A stretch of DNA of 64,000 nucleotides from Hormiphora californensis (taxonomy: Eukaryota > Animalia > Ctenophora), in the NCBI GenBank assembly GCA_020137815.1, contig CM035357.1, forward strand, positions 3,348,001 to 3,412,000, written 5' to 3'. Below, in pieces: positions 52,727-64,000 of this stretch (position 1 is the first letter of the stretch; each line of letters starts with the position of its first letter). The notes beneath the pieces are model-generated. The model was given only the letters and a program-made list of their open reading frames with translations. It was not told where the DNA came from and searched no databases. The translations under genes and the position numbers were made by a program.

Positions 52727-53429
52727 GAATCCCGATGTATACCGTGTTTTGAATAGTCACTTACATTCACAATATAAACTTTACACAATCTGTGAACAGA
52801 CAATACGGACAGGTGAACTTACAGAATTTTGATGGATGATTGGTACCGTGATGTTGTTGATGATGAGATGAGAGGTGACAGGTGTATCCATTTCCAGTGG
52901 AGATCAAGATAAACAAAAACGATTAAAGACAGATAAGGGGTAGGACTGAATGTAGCACCAATAGACTGTAAAATGTTCTAGAATACTATGCGGATGGGAC
53001 AGATAAGAACATTTGTTAATTGTTACACTCGATAAGCGACATAGTGCACCAAAACACAAGGATTGTCTCTGTAGTGTGGTGTTTCGGAATGTCCGTTATA
53101 TTGGGAGAGGTGGGTGGGGGAGGGCGGTGGGTAGTATTGGCCAAAAATTTAGCTGTAATTTAGTGATGAGACTAGGCCAGGCCCGTGAGACAGTTCAGTG
53201 GTAACTGGGAGGTCATGTGTGCTGGAAATGGGTATTTGAGACGGATTTAAGTTGCATTTTAGTGAGGGGAAGAGCCCTTATTGATGTCTGAGACAAGCAA
53301 AAGTGAAACGAACTGCAACGTAACGAACGAGTAATATTAAAACTTAAGTCTGTGAATTCATAATAAATAACAGAACAAAGAATATGTATTGTGTATTAGG
53401 GGTGAAAAAATTCAAGAGGTTACACAGCG

Positions 53430-53677
53430 TCATACACATTTTCATTTGGAATTTTCACTTGGAACTTTCACCCGAAAACCACCCACGCGCACGCACGCGC
53501 AAGCCCCAAACACAAGCCAGAACCATGGGACCTTCACTAAAGTGATCCTTGGATCAAAACAAATAAGTTAGTGAAGGTCCCGTGCTTCCAACTCGTGTTT
53601 GAAGCCCGCACGCACACACGCGCGGATGGCTCCCAAACGAAAACTCCAAATGAAAATTCCAAATAAAAATGTGTATG
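53430..53677. repeat. Degenerate inverted repeat (old MITE-like)
   Basis: CATACACATTTTCATTTGGAATTTTCA...GGGACCTTCACTAA pairs with TTAGTGAAGGTCCC...TGAAAATTCCAAATAAAAATGTGTATG. Confidence 0.6.
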
Positions 53678-54465
53678 ACGGACTGTTAGACAAGACAACT
53701 TTTTCTGCATAATAATCTCAACGCTTCGAAAATCATAATAGGTTATAAAACGCGACATCTACGATCACGTGACCGAATTTCGTTGTGAATTGTATTGAAA
53801 GTAGTAGTGTATTATATGTCATTACTGCTAAAAAACAAAGACCTGGAAACCGACATGAGTTTCCAATTTTGTAACTGGTCCCTAAATGCTCTACTACCTC
53901 AATCAAGCTTGTCCAATTCTGTTTCTGTCCACTCTCACTTTAATCGTTATGCAATCATCACCTTTGTAAATGTGAGGAAACCCGAGATCCAAGGGTTGAC
54001 TGCATAATAAAAAAAAAATCATAAGGGTTGTAAACGATAATAGTAATCTAAGTCAATAGGGGATTAATGCTCAATGAGCAAGCCAATGTTTAGTATCTCC
54101 GGCTTACCTCATCGAAATGGGTTTAGAGGAGAGCCGCCACTTTAGATACCAAATGAAACCATTTCAATCTAAACCAATCTCGACCGTCTTACCGTGTTGT
54201 ATAAGGACCTCTACTATATCCTCCCACCCCTGGTAACATGTCCGTGTAGTGGCGTGTAGGCCACCTATCCTTCTCATTCACAACATCTGTGCAGTTGGAG
54301 GTGGATATTAAATATATCCTGGTGAAAATCTAAGTCTCTAGGAAAAATGTTCTCGAATATTTCTGGCCGATTACACTGTATCTCGATGAAACAAACACTC
54401 TATCCCAGGGTCCCTCTCCAATATCTCTCTGACTTGGTCAGTACACCCCTTCTCAGCTGCATTTA

Positions 54466-57262
54466 CAGGGTGTGAACTGCATGTCGTGTTTGCTAGTCGC
54501 GAGCGCGCTTGCGAGACAAGTAAACACGTCAAGGTTCATTAACAAGCATGCTGCTCAGTCATTTTAGATTTAATACACAATGTAAGGATACCATGTAATA
54601 GGTGAGACTCTTGCCGTCACCCTCGTTCAAGTCCCGTGAAAAACGGAGCAGTACACGCAAACTGATGCCCATTTTCCTCGCGTGACCCCGATTCAGCAGT
54701 TTGAGACACCAACTCTTTAGGGGGCCATATCTCAGGAACCAGACAAGATAGGAAAAATCGCCGTCTAATGAGGCGTACAGTTTTTAATCTAGTTTACCAC
54801 TGTACCGGCCGTTTCACTCTCCGACCTAAAACAAAAATCGCAACCCCACAAAACTTCAAAATAATGAAATTCGCATCTCGCATGTCGTGTTGCATGTCGT
54901 GTCATGTTATTGACGCGCTCGCGTTCAACTCTCACACAGCAGCTGCAGAACATGGCGGGAAACATCGAGGAGTAGAGAGAGGGTCGGTGCCGAATCAAAT
55001 ATTTCTTGATCTTGATCTACTCCATCTCTCAGCTATCCTACCCCTCATCAACTCGATCTCTCAGCTACCCTACCCCTCATCTACTCCATCTTTCAGCTAC
55101 CCTACCCCTCATCTACTCCATCTTTCAGCTACCCTACCCCTTATCTAGTCCATCTCTCAGCTACCCTACTCCTCATCTACTCCATCTCTCAGCTTCCCTA
55201 TTAGGGAAGCATAGAGATGGAAACGATTAGGGGTAGGGAATCCCTATCCATAATCGTTTCCATCTCTATGCTTCCCTAGCCCTCATCAACTCCATCTTTC
55301 AGCTACCCTACCTCCCATTTACTCCATCTCTCAGCTACCCTACCTCCCATTTACTCCATCTCTCAGCTTCCCTACCTCCCATTTACTCCATCTCTCAGCT
55401 TACCTACCTCCCATTTACTCCATATCTCAGCTTCCCTAACTGCCATTTACTCCATCTTTCAGATACCCTACCTCCCATTTACTCCATCTCTCAGCTTACC
55501 TACCTCCCATTTACTCCATCTCTCAGCTTCCCTACCTCCCATTTACTCCATCTATCAGCTACCCTACCTCCCATTTACTCCATCTCTCAGCTTCCCTACC
55601 TCCCATTTACTCCATCTCTTACCTTACCTACCTCCCATTTACTCCATATCTCAGCTTTCCTACCTCCCATTTACTCCATCTCTCAGATACCCTACCTCCC
55701 ATTTACTCCATCTCTCAGCTTACCTACCTTCCATTTACTCCATCTCTCAGCTTCCCTACCTCCCATTTACTCTATCCCTCAGCTACCCTACCTCCCATTT
55801 GATCCATCTCTCAGCTTCCCTACCTCCCTTTTACTCCATTTCTCAGCTTCCCTACCTCTCATTTACTTACTCCATCTCTCAGCTACCCTACCTCTCATTT
55901 AGTACTCCATCTCTCAGCTACCCTACCTCCCATTTACTCCATCTCTCAGCTTCCCTTCCTCCCATTTACTCCATCTCTCAGCTTCCCTACCTCCCATTTA
56001 CTCCATCTCTCAGCTACCTTACCTTCCATTTACTCCATCTCTCAGCTTCCCTTCCTCCCATTTACTCCATCTCTCAGCTACCCTACCTCCCATTTACTCC
56101 ATCTCTCAGCTTCCCTACCTCCCATTTACTCCATCTCTCAGCTTCCCTACCTCCCATTTACTCCATCTCTCAGGGGTAGGAATGTTAGGATAAATGAGAG
56201 ATGGAGTAAATGGGAGGTAGGGAAGCTGAGAGATGGAGTAAATGGGAGGTAGGGAAGCTGAGAGATGGAGTAAATGGGAGGTAGGGAAGGTAAGCGATGG
56301 AGTAAATGGGAGGAAGGGAAGCTGAAAGATGGAGTAAATGGGAGGTAGGGAAGCTGAGAGATTGAGTAAATGGGAGGTAGGGTAGCTGAGAGATGGAGTA
56401 AATGGGAGGCAGGGATGGAGTAAATGGGAGGTAGGGAAGCTGAGAGATGGAGTAAATGGGAGGTAGGGTAGCTGAGAGATGGAGTAAATGGGAGGAAGGG
56501 AAGCTGAGAGATGGAGTAAATGGAAGGTAAGGTAGCTGTGAGATGGAGTAAATGGGAGGTAGGGTAGCTGAGAGATGGACTAGATAAGGGGTAGGGTAGC
56601 TGAAAGATGGAGTAGATGAGGGGTAGGGTAGCTGAAAGATGGAGTAGATGAGGGGTAGGGTAGCTGAGAGATCGAGTTGATGAGGGGTAGGATAGCTGAG
56701 AGATGGAGTAGATCAAGATCAAGAAATATTTGATTCGGCACCGACCCTCTCTCTACTCCTCGATGTTTCCCGCCATGTTCTGCAGCTGCTGTGTGAGAGT
56801 TGAACGCGAGCGCGTCAATAACATGACACGACATGCAACACGACATGCGAGATGCGAATTTCATTATTTTGAAGTTTTGTGGGGTTGCGATTTTTGTTTT
56901 AGGTCGGAGAGTGAAACGGCCGGTACAGTGGTAAACTAGATTAAAAACTGTACGCCTCATTAGACGGCGATTTTTCCTATCTTATCTGGTTCCTGAGATA
57001 TGGCCCCCTAAAGAGTTGGTGTCTCAAACTGCTGAATCGGGGTCACGCGAGGAAAATGGGCATCAGTTTGCGTGTACTGCTCCGTTTTTCACGGGACTTG
57101 AACGAGGGTGACGGCAAGAGTCTCACCTATTACATGGTATCCTTACATTGTGTATTAAATCTAAAATGACTGAGCAGCATGCTTGTTAATGAACCTTGAC
57201 GTGTTTACTTGTCTCGCAAGCGCGCTCGCGACTAGCAAACACGACATGCAGTTCACACCCTG
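54466..57262. mobile_element. 2.8-kb Foldback-like element: ~700-bp TIRs starting CAGGGTG and internal inverted 32-bp minisatellite arrays
   Basis: TA|CAGGGTGTGAACTGC...GCAGTTCACACCCTG|TT. Mirror ORFs 54768-55148 (+) and 56580-56960 (-). Unit ATTTACTCCATCTCTCAGCTTCCCTACCTCCC. A small hairpin element sits at 55202-55278. Confidence 0.9.
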
Positions 57263-57375
57263 TTTAATAACACCTGACACCTCCCCAGAAAATGTCCCAA
57301 TCAATATCTCAAAAAGGCCCACAAATTTGAACGTTATTGTCCGTATTTTGTTTCCAAGGGTCAGCTGGATATAGT

Positions 57376-57726
57376 TTATATGTCGATGGGGTGCCATTGT
57401 CCTTTTTTCAGCTTCTTGCGGCACTGGGGGCAGATCTTGGTGACCTTGTTCACTTGGTCAATGCAATAACAACAAAATATGTGCCCGCATAATGTTAAAA
57501 CAACATTCCTTCCCGAGGCCCTTACCTGTGGAGAGAGGAGTGTTAGAAGATGGGTTTTAGATGGGAAAATGGCCAGTGATAGTATAAGAGAACTTTTAAG
57601 GAGATATTTCAAAAGGAAGGCCCTACTCAAACATAGAGATTTAGCAGCTTACTTGAACTTTGGAGTCAAGGCAGACGGGGCAGTGTATGGTACTCATATT
57701 ACCAATCTCTACTTTAGTCATGGTAC
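57376..57726 (-). CDS. RNF4: RNF4-like C3HC4 RING finger, last two exons (57726-57653, 57525-57376); 5' part unresolved
   Basis: CPVCLDSKVQ|VRASGRNVVLTLCGHIFCCYCI...CPQCRKKL...HPIDI* parallels the RNF4 C-terminus (CPICMD...STECGHVFCSQC...CPTCRKK...HPIYI). GT-AG phase-0 junction. Confidence 0.68.
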
Positions 57727-58039
57727 CTAGAGGTGAGATAGATGGGTAGTCCCATCACGCCGGTTAACCCTCTGTCTTTTCCCGTCTTTTACCAGGTGAA
57801 CCATTACTAACATTGTTCTGGGTTCTTTGATGGTATTTTCAGCAGGTAGTTCCTCCTCTTTTGAGTCACTTACATCAGGGGCAACCTCGAACTTCTGCAC
57901 AGCCCTCCTAATCTGAGAAACACTCATTTTGGGAGGTTTAGCGATTGGGAATATCTAGCTAGCACGGACCAATTCCATGAATCTCTTTCATTCGCTGTAA
58001 GTTTACCAGCCCTACACAGACTACAAAGTTTCAGGTGCT

Positions 58040-58655
58040 CAGAAACATGGAAATTCCCTCATATTCCTCCCTGACTACCTCAGCCGCTGAAATTGGGAAA
58101 TAACTACTAAGACCTTGGACGATTGGTTCACGACCTGCGTTAAAGTCGATATGGAAATTCGCTGAAGGTTGATCGGCGATGAAGGTTCGAAAAAGTTCAA
58201 CCGATTCTAGATGTGTAGGGAACTTCTAAATGCTCTGATGTGAGAGGTGAAGAAAGTTGTATCAATATATACAAGTTCGTTATTGGTTTCTTGGTTATCG
58301 AACGATATTTTTGTCGAGGGCTAACCGAAAATCCCCGGTGTAGAGAGTCCGCAGACCGTCATTTCTTGTGAACAGGAACATCACGGATCCAGGACAATGC
58401 TCGGCTGGGAGAACCTGGACAGTGGTATCATCTCCTTTGCCGAATTTGAACGAACTTTCCACCTTGAGTTCAGTAAAGAGATCCTTCAAGTGCTTCAAAG
58501 TCTCCTTTTTGGTCAGAATATCAATGGTCTGACGTGTTGCATACAGACGACATTTTCCCAGACTAAGTTGCTGATGAGTTATAGGTTTACTAAATCCTTG
58601 AACATGGTCAGTATGACAGTGGGACACAAACAGGGCTGTGTGTAAAGTTGTCGCA
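58040..58655 (-). pseudogene. DCLRE1C: Frameshifted, intronless Artemis/SNM1-family (MBL + beta-CASP) nuclease fragment
   Basis: SHCHTDH, LPAEHCPGSVMFLF and LYTGDFRL in one frame, then a stop. VYIDTTF and FPTHLES continue in other frames, indicating several frameshifts. Confidence 0.75.
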
Positions 58656-59411
58656 GGAAGAAGAAGAAGGCTCTTCCTTCCTTCTCTCCTGCTCTGCCAA
58701 CCACACCTTCAATTTATTCTTCCCGATAACTATTTCATCACTTTCAGTGCTCATCCCACTGTAGTCACTATCTTCGTCATGCCGGTTAACCCTCTGTATT
58801 TTACAAGGTGTACCATTACTAACATTGTTCTTAGCTCTTTTGATGGTATTTTCAGTAGGTAATTCCTCCTCTGACCTCTTCTGAGTCATTTATATCAGGG
58901 GCAACCAGCGCAAAATCTAGAAGGTGCCGCTGTCAATGGAATGTCCAACTTGTCCTAGCCAATGCAACATCAAAAGTGACCAATGCTGAGAAGCCACTCA
59001 CCAAGGGTCACCGGAGATATCCGAGACCGGCACAATGTGGACCGCACCACCACACAGTGCTGGTGCAGTCCACAACCTGCAACCAGACAAGGTAGTGATG
59101 GGAGACGACTCAGCCCTTATCTTCAAACCCTGGACATAAGACGGATGAGGACGAACTCCCGGGGGAGAGAGGCAACTCTGGAACCTGAGCTCCGTCCAAC
59201 TCGGACGTGAGGTACTGACTGCTGGGCTGGACAACATTACAAGTTGAGAACCGGAAGCGGAAGCGCATTAAACAACAACAACAACCCGCTTGTATGAGGA
59301 GAAGCCTTGACGTGGCGCAGCGGCTTACGGCTCCCAGTCTTGACTGGGAGTCGCCCGCTTCTCCTGGTCGGGGCTGGGAGCTCAACGAATTCTCCTCAAC
59401 CAAAGGGACTG

Positions 59412-61244
59412 GGTAAGTCGGAAGAACCTGTCCGTTCCTCTCATGAGCGCTCATGAGTGTATCATGAGTGTGTCATGAGTGTATCATGAGTGTATCATGA
59501 GCGCTCATGAGACGTTTTTAGGTGTTTCAACGTCTCATGAGCGCTCATGAGTGTATCATGAGTGTGTCATGAGTGTATCATGAGCGCTCATGAGTGCTCA
59601 TGAGACCTTGCTCATGAGCGCTCATGAGACATATGTCTCATCCCATCTCTGTTTCAATGTCTCATGAGCGCTCATGAGACGTTTTGACCTACATGTGCTC
59701 ATGAGTGTATCATGAGACATGTCTCATGAGACATATGTCTCATGAGACGTTAGGGTTATGGTTATGGTTGGGTTTAGTACGGTGGCAGATTCCGGCCAAG
59801 AGTTTTTTCAATCAAGTGAAATATTTTTGTTTGAAGTTTTATAAAAATTTTTATTTCAAAATAAAAATAAACATGTCGTTAAAATTATTGGCCGGAATCT
59901 GCCACGCGAGTGGCAGATCTCGGCCAAAATTCTTAAAAAAACCTTGGCCAGAATCTGCCAACCACGTGGCAGATTCCGGCCAACAAACTGAAACTTACTT
60001 ATATCAAAGCGCTGTACCCGACTAATTTTGATACGCTGAATCACGTAAGTAACTTTTCCAATCCCTCAGAGGTCGGAAAAGTGTCCTAATTGAGCATAAT
60101 AGGGTCTAATTGACCCCACTTACAACTTTTCACCTGGAAACGATAGACGCTTATGTGAAGGTACTTTTCCGACTAATTTTGATACGCTGAATCACGTAAG
60201 CAACTTTTCCAAGCCCTCCGAGGTCGGGAATTTGGCCTAATTAAGTATAATTAGGTCTAATTGGCCTTAATTGCTCAATTAGGGCACTTTCCCGACCTCG
60301 GGGGGCTTTGAAAAATAGCTTACGTGATTCAGCTTATCAAAATTAGTCGGAAAAGTGCCTTCACATAAGCGTCGATCGTTTCCAGGCGAAAAGTTGTAAG
60401 TGGGGTCAATTAGACCCTATTATGCTCAATTAGGACACTTTCCCGACCTCTGAGGAATTGGAAAAGTTGCTTACGTGATTCAGCGTATCAAAATTAGTCG
60501 GGTACAGCGGTTTTCGCTTTGATATAAGTAAGTTTCAGTTTGTTGGCCGGAATCTGCCACGTGGTTGGCAGATTCTGGCCAAGGTTTTTTTAGAATCTTG
60601 GCCGAGATCTGCCACTCGCGTGGCAGATTCCGGCCAATAATTTTAAGGACATGTTTATTTTTATTTTGAAATAAATTTTTTATAAAACTTCAAGCAAAAA
60701 TATTTCACTTGACTAAAAAAACACTTGGCCGGAATCTGCCACCGTAGTTTAGGGTTGGGCTAGGGTTAGGGCTTTCCTTTAGGTCTAGGGACCCGTAGAG
60801 GGTAGGGCTAGGTCCAAGCCTATGGGTCAACCCTAACCCTATCCCTACGGGTCCCTAGACCTAAAGGATAACCCTAACCCTAGCCCAACCGTAAACCTAA
60901 CCCTAACGTCTCATGAGACATATGTCTCATGAGACATGTCTCATGATACACTCATGAGCACATGTAGGTCAAAACGTCTCATGAGCGCTCATGAGACATT
61001 GAAACAGAGATGGGATGAGACATATGTCTCATGAGCGCTCATGAGCAAGGTCTCATGAGCACTCATGAGCGCTCATGATACACTCATGACACACTCATGA
61101 TACACTCATGAGCGCTCATGAGACGTTGAAACACCTAAAAACGTCTCATGAGCGCTCATGATACACTCATGATACACTCATGACACACTCATGATACACT
61201 CATGAGCGCTCATGAGAGGAACGGACAGGTTCTTCCGACTTACC
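59412..61244. mobile_element. Merlin-like palindromic MITE (TCATGAG arrays, TTAGGG-like core), interrupted by a TA fold-back element
   Basis: AGGGACTG|GGTAAGTCGGAAGAACC...GGTTCTTCCGACTTACC|AGGGACTG (8-bp TSD). Confidence 0.85.
59780..60744. mobile_element. Second copy of the CGGTGGCAG fold-back MITE
   Basis: TA-flanked and highly similar to 19293-20261. Confidence 0.92.
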
Positions 61245-61498
61245 AGGGACTGCTCCTGATCTGGGATTTTCCAAGCTCCAAAACTCTGTCACGGCCTCGG
61301 GCCGGACAATTTCGGTGGAGGATGCAAGGAGTGTCAACCGACACCCTAAGACCAGGAGCGGTGGGGCTGGCGAGAGGTGCTCTCCTGCGGAGAGCTCCTC
61401 TCGGCCCTATTTAACCTTAGAACAACAACAACAACAACAGGGGCAACCTCGTACTTCTGCACAGTTAGTAAAGTAAGCAAGTCGAGGGTAAACTTAAA

Positions 61499-62670
61499 AG
61501 GGATCCCTAAAAAAGTTGGTAAGTCGGAAGAACCTGTCCGTTCCTCTCATGAGCGCTCATGAGTGTATCATGAGTGTGTCATGAGTGTATCATGAGTGTA
61601 TCATGAGCGCTCATGAGACGTTTTTAGGTGTTTCAACGTCTCATGAGCGCTCATGAGTGTGTCATGAGTGTGTCATGAGTGTATCATGAGCGCTCATGAG
61701 TGCTCATGAGACCTTGCTCATGAGCGCTCATGAGACATATGTCTCATCCCATCTCTGTTTGAATGTCTCATGAGCGCTCATGAGACGTTTTGACCTACAT
61801 GTGCTCATGAGTGTATCATGAGACATGTCTCATGAGACATATGTCTCATGAGACGTTAGGGTTAGGGTTAGGGTTGTGTTTACGGTTGGGCTAGGGTTAG
61901 GGTTATCCTTTAGGTCTAGGGACCCGTAGGGATAGGGTTAGGGTTGACTCATAGGCTTGGACCTAGCCCTACCCTCTACGGGTCCCTAGACCTAAAGGAA
62001 AGCCCTAACCCTAGCCCAACCCTAAACCCAACCATAACCCTAACCCTAACGTCTCATGAGACATATGTCTCATGAGACATGTCTCATGATACACTCATGA
62101 GCACATGTAGGTCAAAACGTCTCATGAGCGCTCATGAGACATTCAAACAGAGATGGGATGAGACATATGTCTCATGAGCGCTCATGAGCAAGGTCTCATG
62201 AGCACTCATGAGCGCTCATGATACACTCATGACACACTCATGATACACTCATGAGCGCTCATGAGACGTTGAAACACCTAAAAACGTCTCATGAGCGCTC
62301 ATGATACACTCATGATACACTCATGACACACTCATGATACACTCATGAGCGCTCATGAGAGGAACGGACAGGTTCTTCCGACTTACCAAAAAGTTCAGTA
62401 TTTACACAGAGTTTACACAGTCTTTACTCAGTCGTTACACCCAGAGCGGTGCGTGCTGCGCACAGTGGCTTTTTCCAAGAAATTAATGGATTGTGTGCTG
62501 CACAATTGACAAAATTGAGCGCCACGGCGAAAAAAGTTTCCGAAAACGCTGAAAATCGAGTGCGAAAGACGCAGTCGTTACACCCAGAGCGGCGCGGGCG
62601 CTCTGGGTGTAACGACTGAGTAAAGACTGTGTAAACTTTGTGTAAATACTGAACTTTTTTAGGGATCCCT
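61499..62670. mobile_element. Small palindromic MITE hosting the 61518-62387 insertion
   Basis: AGGGATCCCTAAAAAAGTT[insert]CAGTATTTACACA... pairs with ...TGTGTAAATACTGAACTTTTTTAGGGATCCCT. Confidence 0.7.
61518..62387. mobile_element. Intact 870-bp Merlin-like palindromic MITE
   Basis: AAAAAGTT|GGTAAGTCGG...CCGACTTACC|AAAAAGTT. Same family as 59412-61244. Confidence 0.88.
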
Positions 62671-62984
62671 AAACTGGGGAATTTTTCGGATATTTTTTTT
62701 TTGAAAATTTGAAATTTGAGTTTTTTGTCGCGAAAAGACCCAAAACTTTGACGCGCGCGGCGCGGCGGGTAATTGCGGGTAATACGATGCGTATTGGCGC
62801 CATACGTCAAGTCGCAAATGTCGTCATAGCGATTACGTCATCGGGTGGGGCGATCGCTTCGAAACTTTGGGGCTGACAAAATGAAACGCATATGTGGTCG
62901 TGTGCAAAAGGAATAAGCGATTTGAGAACCTTGAATTTTGTATGCGTACACCCTAATATACTGTAATTGAAGAGTCTAAACAAC

Positions 62985-64000
62985 CCGAAATGACAATTTA
63001 AACATATTTTGACATATTTTGAGGCCCTGAGACCAGCGGGTGGCCAAATTTAATCAGGTTTCGGGTCGGCTGACGTAAAAACTCCGCGTTTTGGTCGAGG
63101 TAAAACCATAACCATAAACCATAACCATAGATATTTTTAGAGTGAAAGTTTTGAAGCCCCCTGAAGTAGTAGAGAGGTGTTCTATGGCTCGTTGGAAAGG
63201 TCTCGAGGTCCCGCGACGTATAGGGGGTGTGGCGATGGCCATACCCAAACCCATAAGGTGTAGGACGCGAAAAACAGTCAAAATAAGGGGTATACAGAAC
63301 TCGGCAATTAGAAGGAGTAGAAAGGTGTTCTAGGGTGCGTTCGAAAGATCTCGAGGTGCTGAAGTAATTGGAATGTAATTGGAAGTAATTACATGTAATT
63401 AAAATGTAATTACATGTAATTAAAGGGTAATTACATGTAATTAAAATGTCTAAATGACCCAGAATGATAATTTAAACATATTTTGACATATTTGGAGGCC
63501 CTGAAATCAGCGGGTGGCCAAATTTAATCCGGTTTCGGGTCGGCTGACGTAAAAACTCCGCGTTTTGGTCGATCAATAAACCATAAAACCATAAACCATA
63601 AAACCATAGATATTTTTAGAGTGAAAGTTTTGAAGCCCCCTGAAGTATTAGAGAGGTGTTCTATGGCTCGTTGGAAAGGTCTCGAGTTCCCGCGACGTAT
63701 AGGGGGTGTGGCGATGGCCATACCCAAACCTATAAGGGGTAGGACGCGAAAAACAGTCAAAATAAGGGGTATACAGAACTCGGCAATTAGAAGGAGTAGA
63801 AAGGTGTTCTAGGGTGCATTCGAAAGCTCTCGAGGTGCTGAAGTAATTGGAATGTAATTGGAAGTAATTACATGTAATTAAAATGTAATTACATGTAATT
63901 AAAGGGTAATTACATGTAATTAAAAGGTCTAAATGACCCCAAATGACAATTCAGACATATTTTGACATATTTTGAGGCCCTGAGACCAGCGGGTGGCCAA
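62985..64000. repeat. ~475-bp tandem repeat, more than two units, running off the window
   Basis: ACATATTTTGACATATTT.GAGGCCCTGA..CAGCGGGTGGCCAA recurs near 63002, 63476 and 63955. Duplicate ORFs lie 470-479 bp apart. Confidence 0.92.

Larger units (their letters stand above)
58907..61437 (+). mobile_element. Composite non-LTR retro-insertion with two tandem CAA-tailed 3' ends, hosting nested MITEs
   Basis: TSD CAGGGGCAACC at 58896-58906 and 61438-61448, with an empty paralogous site at about 57876. CAA tails end near 59286 and 61437. Confidence 0.82.

Noticed and set aside
54768-56960. Identical 126-aa ORFs on opposite strands and Ser/Pro/Leu-rich ORFs
   Set aside because: By-products of long TIRs and the 32-bp minisatellite. 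No transposase motifs.
61855-62050. TTAGGG tracts as a true telomere or chromosome fusion site
   Set aside because: They are short, internal to a TSD-flanked MITE and present in both copies.
63054-63812. Duplicated 63-78 aa ORFs at the window end
   Set aside because: They arise from the ~475-bp tandem repeat, with no protein features.

Overview
Eukaryotic, intron-rich animal DNA with (CT/AG)n microsatellites, GT-AG introns and dense non-autonomous transposons. A ctenophore origin is my inference from nested intronic genes and a domain I recall from ctenophore proteins; it is not proven. Plus-strand host genes: a 6-exon PIM-like kinase (8652-13339), an intronless TACO1/YebC gene (16919-17704), a ~19-exon bubblegum-type acyl-CoA synthetase (18017-44307), SKP1 (45378-46062) and the first two exons of an AMPK-beta-like gene (46534-49689). 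Antisense genes nested in introns: two tandem secreted proteins (unnamed domain + Sushi), an intronless class A GPCR and a secreted F-type-lectin-like gene. The right end holds RNF4-like RING exons next to a frameshifted Artemis-like fragment. Most notable: (1) the intact GPCR lies inside an ~8.4 kb element with G-run TIRs and a 9-bp target duplication (Pack-MULE-like); (2) two operon-like gene pairs, TACO1>ACSBG and SKP1>AMPK-beta-like, with unpaired splice acceptors; (3) recurrent tandem duplications of splice junctions in several genes; (4) multi-level nested mobile elements, including Merlin-like MITEs with TTAGGG repeats. All coordinates were read by eye and may be off by a few bases.
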